Source of the DNA: Chrysomallon squamiferum
Taxonomy: Eukaryota > Animalia > Mollusca
DNA length: 64,000 bases
Assembly: GCA_012295275.1 (NCBI GenBank)
Contig: CM022667.1
Span: 21,514,001 to 21,578,000, forward strand
Direction: 5' to 3'
The translations under genes were made by a program, and so were the position numbers. Below the pieces are notes generated by a model. It worked only from the letters and a program-made list of their open reading frames with translations, ran no database searches and was not told the origin of the DNA. Of the stretch, positions 1 to 13,419 are shown in pieces (position 1 is the stretch's first letter; each line of letters begins with the position of its first letter).

Positions 1-328
1 ATTGTTGTTAGACTTTATTTTGTAAGAGTGTTCGATAAAATAATCTGCCTTACTGGATCACCATGACATATGGTAATAGTAAAAACAGTTTATTTCTGGA
101 AGTGATTTATTGATATGTAATGTAATGTTAAGAGCAGAGCTCGGACTTGGTGGTTTCAGGATCAACCCTTCTCAAGGCGTATGTGCTTTATTTCCTTCAC
201 TCTCCCAGAACACTACGACTGGTTCTTCAATAAGTGTTCTGAAATAATATTTAATACCGAAGAGAGGAGTGATTATATGACTGTGGGTCTGTCTTTGTGT
301 TTGTATATGTTTGTTTATGTATGTGTTT

Positions 329-468
<140 letters not shown>

Positions 469-723
469 TAAAGAAGTCTCATATTAAACCTAACAACAAA
501 CATTAAAATTCATAAAAATCATTAATAATTCAAAAAAGTAAACCGCGATTATTAGTAGAAATAATTTTAGGTGAGGGACACGAAAAGAGCTTTCGTTTCA
601 AATTAATCGTTGACAAATGACGAAGTACTGTCGTTAGCAGGTTATTACATCTTGATAAACTAGTTTCAGAAAATGAAAAACAGAAGAAAAAACAAACATT
701 ATTTGTAATGATGAAAACACCTT

Positions 724-744
724 CATCATCACATCATTGTCATT

Positions 745-782
<38 letters not shown>

Positions 783-803
783 TATCCTCATTATCATCAT
801 TAT
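724..803. repeat. (ATC)n microsatellite, degenerate at the edges
   Basis: catcatcat run visible directly. Confidence 0.9.
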
Positions 804-2236
804 TCGGTTTACAATTTATAAATGAATTTAATTATTACTCTGAATGCCTGTTTCAAAGTAATTGTTTAATAAGCAGAACAGTAATTAATTTGATTATTTA
901 AATAAAAATATATATAGTCAACCATGCGTGAAACCTTTACGACTTGTGTTTCGCTGCTCCAATTACTTATTACATTAAAAAGCAGGCGCGCGTGCATTCT
1001 TCTGAACCGCGCGTGCTGCAACAGTTTCTGGATTTAACAGGTACGGGATAGGAAATCAGCCTGCGGTACTCGCTGCATGATTCTCGTATAAAATTTAATC
1101 TTAGCTGCAGAGGTGTTCCTAGAACTACACCTGCGAACTTTCCATTGTCCTTTCCTACGAAACAGTAACAGAACAAAGCTACTATTTAGAAAAATATTTT
1201 TTTTCTCTCTCTCCCTAACAATGAAAACTGTTAATATATAAAAATTTTCTTCTTCCCTTTCAAACGTTGGTAATTTTCCGAACCATTCAGTTGTAAAATT
1301 CCGAATAGTTATCTCTGCATGGAAGCTAGTTCTAGCGAAGTCGAGGCACTTACGCTCGCTGAAGACGGCGCTAGCATATAATGACAAAGTGAGAAAATAT
1401 TAAATAAGGCTTAAAGCGTACGCAAGTGCTTAAAAATACTAATAAAAAAAAAATCATGTGTAAAATATTAGGGTTGCAGACTGAACAAAGACAAATAATT
1501 AAGTCTAAAGTCTTTTCATAAATATTTTTTGTTTTGATTTAAAGTACACATTATGACACGCCAATATATCGAAAACCAGAATAAAACACACACTCACACA
1601 TAAATATATACATATAAACACACAGACATACACATACTTTCACAAAATAATTAACAAGAAAGCAAAATAAATAAATACAAATTAAATAAATAAAAATAAA
1701 AATAATATATATATAATGCATATAAACACAAACACACATACACACATTCTAATTATTTAAATTTAACATTATTCTCATTAGCGTTTTTTTTTCAAATTAA
1801 TGCTAACTATTTGAACAGACTAATACATGCTGACCAATAGAAAAGTGACTCTGAAGAAAAACGCTTCAAAAACTACAGTGTGAACAAGTTCACGACAGTT
1901 GTAATGTGAAGATAATTGGCCGGAGATGGTCAGTCCACAGATGTCCTCTCAACAGGCAGTCTGGACAGTGTAATCAGATGGCAATATCGTTATATTTCCA
2001 TTAGAGTCGTATTTCACACATTGTCCGGCAAAACTAGACTGTCCGTTTTGTCCCGCTTTCATTAAAGTAGAATGTCGTCCTCAAAAATTATCTCATAATT
2101 ATATTTTAAATGTTGTGAACACACAAGTTCCAGTTCAGGTTACTGGTTATTTTTGTGCAGATAAATTATTATTGGTTTCTGCTTTAATAATTTGTTGTTG
2201 ATGGTCTGTTTTTATTGATAATATAATATATATATT

Positions 2237-2301
2237 TCTCTGTGTGCATGTGTGTATGTGCAACATACATACATATATACATACATACATACATACATAG
2301 A

Positions 2302-2337
<36 letters not shown>

Positions 2338-2369
2338 TGTATGTACACATACACACATGCACACAGAGA
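2237..2369. repeat. Inverted repeat (fold-back) built from CA/TG and CATA/TATG microsatellites
   Basis: tctctgtgtgcatgtgtgtatgtg (2237-2260) is the exact reverse complement of 2346-2369; the inner (CATA)n faces (TATG)n. Confidence 0.85.
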
Positions 2370-5300
2370 CACATTATACTACACTATACAGGAATTATAT
2401 ATAATCTTACAATTTTCGGATATTATATGTAATTTCTGATTCAACCAGCAGTTATATATAATCCGTTAAAATATATATATATATATATATATATATGCAT
2501 TACAGTGATTATGCATAAGAGAATGTAAGTGTATGAGTATGCGTATGTGTGTATGAATGCAAGTATAATTTATGAGTAATAAGTATCAATAGTTCGTACT
2601 CACAGACATAGTAATTTACAATATAATTTAATATCATAACACTGTCAGTTTTAATTGGAAAATTAGAAAACAAATTTTAGAAATGTTTGACACTTTGCCA
2701 AAGATGCTCTACAGGTCACGAGGACATGTCACAATAGGTCAAAAACGTTACATGAGCTGAATTTCAATTTCTAAGCCAAACTTCAGTTTAGTTTAAGTGA
2801 CTGCTAAAAGTTCAAATAGACACGAAGTGTTTGGCGAGATGTTCCTTTGTGAGGTCATTCTATTGTGACGTCAGGCACGCGCCACGCGACCTATCGCTTC
2901 GAACTGGATGTCAGGTATCTAGGAACACAGTGAACCATTTAAAGTCAACATGTGTTATTTGTACAAGAGTGTGTTATACTAATGAGAATCTGTTCATGCG
3001 AAATCGCCATTCATTAGTGATACAACCAATATTAACAATTAAATTAGATCGTGTTGAAAATCAATGCTAGAAATACTAACGCAATTTATTAATTTACATG
3101 TTTTAAATTAGTTTTTTATTTGAAACTTTTGCAGTTAAGAACACTGATCTACACAGTAACAAACAGAGGTGGAGTTAACACTTTGTGTGTACATCTTGAA
3201 GTGAAACTATGGATGAGCCACGTAGTCCGTGTTCTGAATTGACGATACTGCTGTTACACAATTTATCTGACATAGTTATGTTATAAAAACCGTCTTAAAT
3301 ACCTGTATATTAATTTAACTATGTTAATGAATAAAGTCGATTTGTTTTTTTTAATAAAAATATTATGTCCCTGTCAGACTTTACAAAGGAGAGGAAATGG
3401 TAACTGACAGATGGAACCTGTTAATAAGAAAACGTGACAGAAGTTTGACGTAATGGAGATAGACTAATACTTATCAGTATAAACTGGTCTGAAGGAATTG
3501 TTGCTTAGTAAAAGACAATAAATAGGTCCAACATATGTTGTTAAAGACTTTACCTTCAGTCTGAAAAATCAGAATCATGAGTTATATAAATAAGGAAAAA
3601 ATGAATTAATTAAGAAGAAGAAAAAAAAGAAAAATACAAAAATACAGAAGAAAATTATTATCTAGAACAAATTAGCGTCAAGAACTAACTGATTGTCGCG
3701 TGGGGATCAAACGCTCATTGTTCTGTAAGATACGTTTACTGATTTGTCCAGCAGTCAGGCAGATGACCAGAGTGAGGTCAGTGTGTGATTGTTATTTAAC
3801 GTCAGTCTAAGGTCACTGGTGCAGGCGTTAAGCATCTGGTGAACATCTGGGTACACGACAAATCTTCACCATCTAGATTTTCTGTCTTATAGATGTTAGG
3901 TGAGATATTCGCACAGTGACCAAGAAAATGTACTTTAACCATCAGCGGATCTATGAATGTGTTAAACTTGAATCATTAGGATAGCTGGTTATTCGATAGT
4001 GTATAAAATACCTATTCATTCATTCATTCATTAAACCCATTCACCCATTTATTTTATTTCATTTTATTCTATTTATATCTTTTAATCATTATTAACTTTG
4101 ATATTTTTTTAAATAGAATTATTTATACAACCCAAATATTTGATAACAAGTGTTCATATTATTGGCATGATTTAATTCATAATTTAAATTAACTTTTAAA
4201 CTATTTTTCGTTTAATTTATTTGATATAAAAACGACCTTAATTATATATAAATTATATTTTATAGTAAATGTATTAACCACTATTTTATTTCAGATAGTT
4301 CGAATGCAACATTCTAATTTGTTATACATTTATTTAAACTGCATCACATATGAATGAGATTACACACTTCTCTGTAAATTAACTGTGATTCCAGCATGAA
4401 CTAAAAACTGCTACTAGCAGCTACTTAAACCACAGTTGTGACTTGCCAAACATCAAGCACAGTAATTATTTTAAATAATCATTTACAGCAACAGAATTTC
4501 ATCTTACATCAAACACTCACCAATATCTAGGTATTATTTTAATTAATTAATTAATAATAATAAACTTCTGTATAATGTACAAAATGTTATTTCATATATA
4601 CTAAATATTCAGTTAAAAAGTAGAAATCGAATAAATAATAATTATAAAAACAATGTTATTAATCGTATAGATTTTATACCAAGTCGTGAGCTATTGGCTC
4701 GAACGTGAAATGGAGACAGTTATACAGAAGTTAAAACGTTTTTCTGAAGAGTGTGTGATTGCGCACTGCTGTGTAGTTCATGGGTTATGGACCGCGAAGT
4801 CCACAACAAAATGGTTCTAAAGGAATTTGACAAAATATGGGAACTAAAGAAAAGAAAAAAGAAAGCACCTTTGAAAAGTTTACTTTCTTATTTGTGTAAT
4901 TGGTTTTCTAAGAAATGGTTTACTAACATTGCTGGGTTTTTTTTTTGTTTTTTTTTTTTTTTTTTTTTGCTTTGTAATCAACCACCTGCAACTTCTTGTA
5001 AGCTTGTTGATTTCCCTCGTTTCACGAAACCGGATGTTCCGCGGTTAAGACTAAAAGTGCAACTTCCTTGATACATACACCTGGGACTAGAAGAAATACC
5101 AGTAGCTTTTTAAAATGGCCGCGCGGAAATTATGACAGGAAATGTGTATTCTTCTTTCTGGAGACTTCCTCAGAGGGGACACCAGTGTGAAAAACAGTTC
5201 TTTTAAATAAGGAATAAAACACAGGATCTTGCTGTCGTCAGCATTATAAATATTTTAAATGTTTCACGAGACGTGACAGACGTGTAGACGAGGTTTTCTT

Positions 5301-5684
5301 TACACTCGGCAGTTTATAATGTATAAATACAAAATAAAAATTAAATTTTTTGAAGACAATTCCATATCTTTCATTACCGTTTTGTTTGTGTTTTTTTTTT
5401 GTGGGTTTTTTATTTTATTTTCAATGAGCAAGTAAATTCAAAGCTGTCATTCCATACTTTTCTTTTGTTGATTATTCCTTTATAAACCAGACACACGTGT
5501 TATTCAGGGGAAATTACATATATCAGTTAAAAACGGAGCATGTACAGTTCATTTTCATAAAAGTCTGTGCGTATGTGACCATACTATTGAAAGTAGCAGT
5601 AATAATTAAAAAAGTGAAATAGAATTATTACAATAAATAATACTACTAAAAGTAATAATAACAATGACACATGCGTACTAGCTG

Positions 5685-5819
5685 TACTAGTAATAGTACA
5701 ATAACAGCAGCAGCAGTAGTAGTAGTAGTAGTAATAATAGTAGTAGTAGTAGTAATAGTAGTAATAGTATAGTAGTAGTATACTAGTACTAGTAGCAGCA
5801 GCAGTAGTAGTAGTAGTAA

Positions 5820-5851
<32 letters not shown>

Positions 5852-5997
5852 ATAAAAGTAGTAATAGTATAGTAGTAGTATACTAGTACTAGTAGCAGCA
5901 GCAGTAGTAGTAGTAGTAATAGTAGTAGTAGTAGTAGTAGTAGTAATAGTAGTAATAGTATAGTAGTAGTATACTATTACTAGTAGCAGCATCAGTA
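5685..5997. repeat. (GTA)n compound microsatellite with ~100-bp internal duplications
   Basis: Block gtaatagtatagtagtagtatactagtactagtagcagc recurs near 5761, 5861 and 5952. Confidence 0.9.
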
Positions 5998-6983
5998 GCT
6001 GTAAAGATAATTCTTAACAGAACGTGTTTGTTTTATCTGATTAAATTACTACTGTTTTTGATTTCCAAACGCCCGCACCCTATCCCGAATTCCGTCCATT
6101 ATTCAGTTGAACACAGATGTTTGGTTGAAAAACCGTGAATAGTAGTACCCAGAGTGATGTTTCTTTTCTTTCTCTGTCTAGTTCTTTCTTTTTTCTTAAC
6201 AAAAGATGATTAACTTCTATTAAATTGTGAATCAGACAACGGACAACGTTTTGAAATGTCACGGAAATCCTCGAGGCATTACGGAAACCTCCGACCGCTG
6301 CTAGTTATCATGAGTCACATGACCATTGTTTCCGACGTGTTTCGTGGCGGGGCGCATGCATGGTGACTCATGACCGTCACGTGTAACGTGAAATTCACGC
6401 GCAAATGAAGAACTAAAGCCTAAGGCGTAACATCCAAGATGGTCTCATCTGCCATCTGATTGCAGCATGGAAATTAGCCATTGTCTGTCGTTTTAATTTT
6501 AATTTTGACTTAATGTTTTTGCCTTATATAATGCGATTCCCCCTTAAATTAAAAATTCTTCCGCACATGAATTTTCTTTTGAAAACAGAATCCCAATATC
6601 AAATTTCAAAAAAAAAAAAAAAAAAATTAAAATTAAAAATTAAAATGTAAAAGAAAGAAAGAAAGAAAAATACAAAAAGAAAGAAAGGAAGGAAGAGAAA
6701 GAAGATTATTTCGAAAAGCCCAAATCATCTTTGATCCGTTTTAGCTAACTGATTTGTTCTGACACGTAACTTTAATGAATCCCGTTATTTTCATGACGTG
6801 CAAAGATAAATGTAAGTCTCCAAATGCATACAAAGTTAACATCCTCATCTAAATAATATCCGACATATTCTTCATTTTCATCTGTTGGTTTTAACTTAAA
6901 AGACAAAACGGATTTCTTTGTTTTTCCCTCTAAAGCGAAATGAAGAAAAGAAATTAATGTGTCTTCTATCTTTGTTAATCCAT

Positions 6984-6984
<1 letters not shown>

Positions 6985-7027
<43 letters not shown>

Positions 7028-7033
7028 TTGTTG

Positions 7034-7072
<39 letters not shown>

Positions 7073-7077
7073 TTATT
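6985..7077. repeat. Compound (TTA)n(TTG)n(CTG)n microsatellite
   Basis: Seen directly; it explains the poly-L/poly-C and poly-S/N/I ORFs. Confidence 0.95.
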
Positions 7078-8035
7078 GTGTCTCATTTAACAAATGTCCG
7101 AGTCTTTGTGTGTATTTGTTCGTTTTAGGGTGACTGACGAAGAGTTGTGTGTGTCTGAGACAAAGAGAGACACGTGGAGAGGGAGAAACAAAAATGTGAG
7201 AGAGGGCGACCACACACATACGCACAAGCACACACACACACACACAACACAGACATACACAGACATGAACAGAGACGCAAAGATGTTTATGTGTGAATGT
7301 TTGTGTAAAAATGTATAATTACTGCTATATAATTATAAAGTTTATTACTTTTATATTATATTTCTTATTATATCGACTATATGTGTATATGTATTTATTG
7401 TTATAATTAAGGACTGCGTATATGTGTGCATTTTATGTGTTCGTATGTATAGTACAAAATTAATAATTTAAATGATATGAACATTTATTAATCACCCTTT
7501 CATTTCTCTAGGGTAACTTCAACTTACAGCGAAATGTTATTAATAAAAATACGAAATCACGTTTTTTCGTGCATAAAAAAAAAGGTATAATTATAACAAT
7601 AAATGGCGGCTTTAAACAGTTTTTATCACAGAAAAAGTTAATACATGCATCTGAAAGGACAGAAAAGCAACACATGTATAATGTCACGCAATGAGCTAGT
7701 CACGCCATTTCTCGTTTGATCTCCGTGTTTTCAATCGATGTTTGTAACAAAGAGTTCAAACACACAGTTGTCTTCCATGGCAGCCTGCTCTCCGACTCCG
7801 CGAAGAGGAACAAACCAAGCGTAGCTGTTGAGTTAATTCCTTCAGGTAAACGGAGATCGATATTTTTACCTGATGATCATTAATTCCAACAGGTAGTTTA
7901 CGGGAGTAAGCAGTGGAATAACTGTATCAGATCGCGTATGATTCATTCACGTATCGATAGCGCAACAAAGATTTTTGAATTACAGTGACTACCAAAGGAT
8001 TCAGAATACTGTTATTGGATGAGTTTTATATGTAC

Positions 8036-8038
8036 AAA

Positions 8039-8093
<55 letters not shown>
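8036..8093. repeat. (AAAT)n microsatellite
   Basis: Pure tetranucleotide run. Confidence 0.95.
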
Positions 8094-8494
8094 CATTTTA
8101 AAATTATCATTTGTTTATATATAATACACAAAATATTTACTATAAAATCAACACTAATATATGGTTAATATCAGCATAATTAATATTGGATTATTTTAGC
8201 TTTTTAAATTAATCTTTTCTTTTTACTGCAGGTTATTTTCAGCATTTTTTGTTAATAATCATTAACTGAAGATAAAAATGTAATTGGTTATCACATTAAA
8301 CTCCTGATAAATGTTCTTAATGTTTTTCACGAAGCGAAAACAAGAGAGAAAAAAAAGAGACCAGGTTGAAGAGAGCGTTATTATGTTTTATTGCTGTAAT
8401 AATTTTATAATTATTTTTTCCTTCTCCTATTTAATGAACGTTACATGTAGCCATTATTAAAAACAAAAACAACAACAAAAATATAAGTAAATAA

Positions 8495-8606
<112 letters not shown>

Positions 8607-11600
8607 TTATTGTTATTATTATTATTATTATCATTATTGTTATTATAAATTTAAAAACAGTTTAGACAAACAACACAGAGTCATGCTTAAAGTTCTTTTA
8701 ATTTCATTAGTGCCAAGTCTTTGTCAGCCTCATTTTTTCCTTTCTCATTAGCAGCCTGGTTTGCAAATATTCAAGTATCCTTTCTGCTCTTTCAACGATT
8801 AACGTTAGGTTGTCCCGCCTAATGAGATAGAGGTCGCAACTCACTGCACGTGCATTCACTCACGTGACAAGACGCCACGCGTAGAGCTGACTCAACAGTA
8901 TAACAACAGTTGCTCAGTCATTTCCGATTTTGCCTTTAGCTTCTCTAAAGTGTATCAAACAAAAACAAGATCTGTGTACGTATAATCATTATTTTTTAAG
9001 CAAGCGAAAATTGTCTTTGTTTCCTTCAGAAAAAAAGACTAAAATTAAAAACTGAAAAATGGGTCTTTGTTTTGGAAAATTATTGGGATTTCTTTTTGTT
9101 TTAATAATATTTTTACGGCATCTGGTTTATTTGAAATAAAAGATATGAAACTAAAAACTCAGTTTTTCAATCAAATTAATACATATAGACTGTATTTAAT
9201 AAATATTGTATTTAAAAAAATATATATAATTTAAAAAAAGAGAAAAAAGTGAATGAAAATTTGATTCTTTACAGTAATTGCAGTGTACACCGATTTTCAT
9301 GCGATTTTTAACGAAGTTAATTAAAACGGAATGAAGCGCTTATTAAACGGTTTAGTGTTTCCCCATTGCTGGGGTTTGTGCCATCGATCAATTAAATCAA
9401 CAATTATTTCCCTGTTGGTCATGGTGTTTCAAAAATGTGATTTCTATGAAATTATTTTCCATGATGAGTCACGTTTTAGCATTGATGATGGTTCTTAGTT
9501 ACCTCGCAAGAGAAATCCATTGTTAGAAGAACCAGTTCGTTGTTTGAAATAAACAAAACAGACTAATCCAATATATTCCTGGGTGTGTTTGATTCTCTTT
9601 CTTTTTTTTCTTTTTTTTTTCCTTATAAAAGAAATCAGATCCATAATAGCTTTTTTCATAATCTCGTATTTTGAAAGTTGAAAAGAATTTTTAATAAGTT
9701 TCTCTTCACACATTACAAAATAATTTTTGGAAATATAAATAATAATAATATCATAAATATCTTAAATATCTTGTAAACGTCCTTCATTTTAATTTTAAAC
9801 AATAATAAGAAGAAGAAAGAGAAGGTCTGGAAAAGAGCAAAATTATGTTGTTAATAATGTTTATAAATAAATAAATAGTTGATTAAAAACAAAAGATAAA
9901 TAATATATATATGTATGTATGTATGTATGATATATGTATGTATGTATGTATATATGTATGTATGTATACATATATATGAATGTATACAATTATAGATAAT
10001 ATTAAATAATTAACAAAACGAGCCTTGAAGGTAAAATTATGATGTTACTATTTGCTAGACGGGATTATATATTACAGTATTATGTATTTCAATCAACGAA
10101 CTGATTTTATAATGAATGGATTGTTTGTGTGCTTGGTAACTAAGACCACATCGAAACAAAAAGAAACAACAAGCAATGAAAAGTTAACAAAAATATAAAA
10201 AATACTCGTTAATGTAAATTTTAAGAAGCTTTGGGAAAATCTTTGAATGTCCAAACTCTTATGTCATGCTTGTGATATATATACAGGAATATACATTATG
10301 CATACATTGTTTTTTTATGTCGTAAATAATGAACATAATTTTCTTTTAGTGTCCGGGGGGGGGAATTAGAAAAGAAAGAAAGAAAAAGGAAAAAGAAGGA
10401 AATCAAAAAGAAAAATTCTATTTTAAAATGAAGAAAGAGAAATGGGTTACTGGCATTTTCTTTGTTCGGTTCGTTTTTTAACACGTGAACGTGAGACGTG
10501 AAATGCGAAGCGCTGAACTGACTGAGCAGCTAATGAATAAAACCAGTACATCATAAACTTAGTCTTTCTCAGACAAATCACTCGTATCTAAAACAGTATG
10601 TGGCAATTCTCTAACATAAAGCCTTATAAAACTGAAGACATATGTCTGCTTGAGGATATAATTCAGTATATAATTCTGTTATATAATTTTCTGTGATTTA
10701 ATATGGTCCGATTTCCTAATTCACATGAAATAATAGTCATATCTGTTTCAGAAGTCATAGATTTAAAACCTACAGTAATACTTCAAATAAATATAGAAAG
10801 ATTATTTACAAATTCAAAGGAAAAGAAAGTTTGAACGCGACAGAATGAAATAATGAAAATATACATTTCTTTTCTTTATCATTAAAATAAAGAGATTATT
10901 CTTAACTAAAGCCCAAAATAAAAACTACAATGTCCTCTCATAATATATAAACAGGAACACAGATAAAATAAACTGGATTGAGACCTACAAAATTAATCAT
11001 CCTCATAAACTAAAATTTCGTCATCATTAATGTCACACTCATTGAGTTTATTGTGTGCTTTTTTTGTGTGTGTTTTTTTTTTTTTTATGTGTTTTCGTGT
11101 TGTTGTTGTTGTTAAAAAAACAATCACACAAAATATAATGATATTTTATCTCCATAAAAAAAAATAACAATAACACAAATCGCGAAAATAACCATTGTCA
11201 ACAGTTGTCCACTGTTCACAACCGCCTATTAAGTGAGCTTAGTGCAATTATTAGCAACAAAATACAAATAATAATTTTATCTCTTCAGCAGTCTCTCAAG
11301 TCTCAAAGTACAAATGATGCTAACGCCGTTCACGTCAGACAGTCTGATATTATCAAACACTGTCGCGTTCACCAGTAATGTTCTACGCGCTACATTTATA
11401 TTTACGCTTGAATTAGCGTGGTGAGATTTTTTTATAAAAAAATCGAATAACTTAATTCTGCCGAGTAATAACAATATTATTTAGCGGCTTTTATTGTGTC
11501 TTTGTAAAGAAAACTGGAATTGGAATACGTAGAACATGGTCACTTTATATTAAGTTGGACATCTCTATACCAACTTTAATATGTTTCACGTCTCGTGCGC

Positions 11601-11907
11601 GTGCACAGACCATGCGCATGCACGCGACTCAATACGTCACGTCCCGTATTTCGTTGTTTGAAAACTTTGCCCCGTTATTTTGACAATCTTTGAATAGGTT
11701 GCTTCCCACCAGATCAATTGTTATTGTCGTGAATAATGTGGGAAATTTCCTACACAACTGGTGCAGACATCTTTTAAATAAATTATGATTAAAACGTGAT
11801 AAAAATGTTTTGAATTAGAAACACCCATATATATAAAATTTGTGTTCAGAAGGCAATTATTAGCAACATTTATTAGATGCTATGAGGGATAGGTACAGTA
11901 GTTTTTT

Positions 11908-11949
<42 letters not shown>

Positions 11950-12532
11950 CAGTAGTAGAGGAGTAGCAGAGAAGTAGTAGCAGTAGTTATAATAATAGCT
12001 GTTTTGTAATTATAATGGCAGTAAATTATTTTATATAATTACGTACTCAAAGAAACACCGCTTTTTGTTTGTGTTGTTTAGCGGGAACGGGATTGTCAGT
12101 GAATTAAAGGAATATGTGCTTTTTGTTTCTTTTTTCTAATTTATGGGCAGTGTTATTTTTTTAGAAGTCTGTTAAGTTCGTTTTTAACACATTAAATACA
12201 CCAATTCTAGTTTTGCAATAACTTGCTAATATAATTATGTGACAAAGAAAGTGATATCCTTTCTGGATCCTATCTTCCAGACTGCAGCATCTGTTTACAT
12301 ATTTCATTTCACGTAATTGGTTTTTACATGATTCGTTATTTAGTAACCACTATTTTTCATATTTTATGTATAAATATATGTATGTATGTATATTACTATA
12401 ATTAGCAGGTAGTTGAAAAAAGACAGAAATAAAAAAGAAAATAAATGAAAAATCTTCTCTGCCATAAAATTACCAGGTATTTTATTTTATTTTATTTACT
12501 TTGGTTCATGAATGTGCTTATATACACATGTA

Positions 12533-12536
<4 letters not shown>

Positions 12537-12580
<44 letters not shown>
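12537..12580. repeat. (GT)n microsatellite
   Basis: Pure run. Confidence 0.95.
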
Positions 12581-12581
<1 letters not shown>

Positions 12582-13272
12582 CATGAGTGCGTATAAGTAA
12601 ATAAATAAATAACAGTAATAAATAAATCATACAGTATCATTAAAATCTTTCTATTTTATTGTTATGCCTAAAAATGAAATTAATATTTTATTTCTTTATA
12701 TTAACGTTTTTGCTTGACATTAAAACAAAAGATGTAAACGTAGTGAGACGAATACTTCACTGTCGTTTGTTCGAACACTGCCCCGTTTATATTTCTTGTT
12801 TCGTTATAACACTCACTCGGAGTAGAACTATTTAATAACAAGAAAACTCAGAACCATATAGTCATAGCAATATGTGAAACAGAAGAAGAAAAAAAATATT
12901 AATAATAATAACAACAACAACAAACAAAAAACAACACTCAAACTCTTCAGAATACCTTCTGTCCAAGTGAACAGACTCAGCCTAAATCTAGACCTGTTTC
13001 CTGAACAGCATGACACTGACTGAATACAAACCCAGTTTTTAACTAAAATCAATTTATCTCGCCTACGGCAGCCACTGGCGATTGTCATGTATCGGTCTTT
13101 GGAGAAATCGCCAGTCAGGTAGACTGACAGCTCAGGTAAAACGAAGTTAAATTACCAACAGGTATGACCTTTGAATCCAGAACGAATCGATGATCACATG
13201 CCACAGGGAAGGGAAATGAAATGGATTATGCACGTAAACTAAAATATAGTACACAAGGAGCAATTATATATA

Positions 13273-13312
<40 letters not shown>

Positions 13313-13419
13313 AGAATGAGATTACGATCCATTAAAATACTGACGTAATACTGAAAAATCAATAAAATTGTTTAAGAATTTATATACTGTTAGTATGTTA
13401 ATACTGGTATGTTAATAGT

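Noticed and set aside
11703-11744. Canonical Su(H) paired site (SPS)
   Set aside because: The orientation is the reverse of an SPS and the spacer is 28 bp rather than about 15-17.
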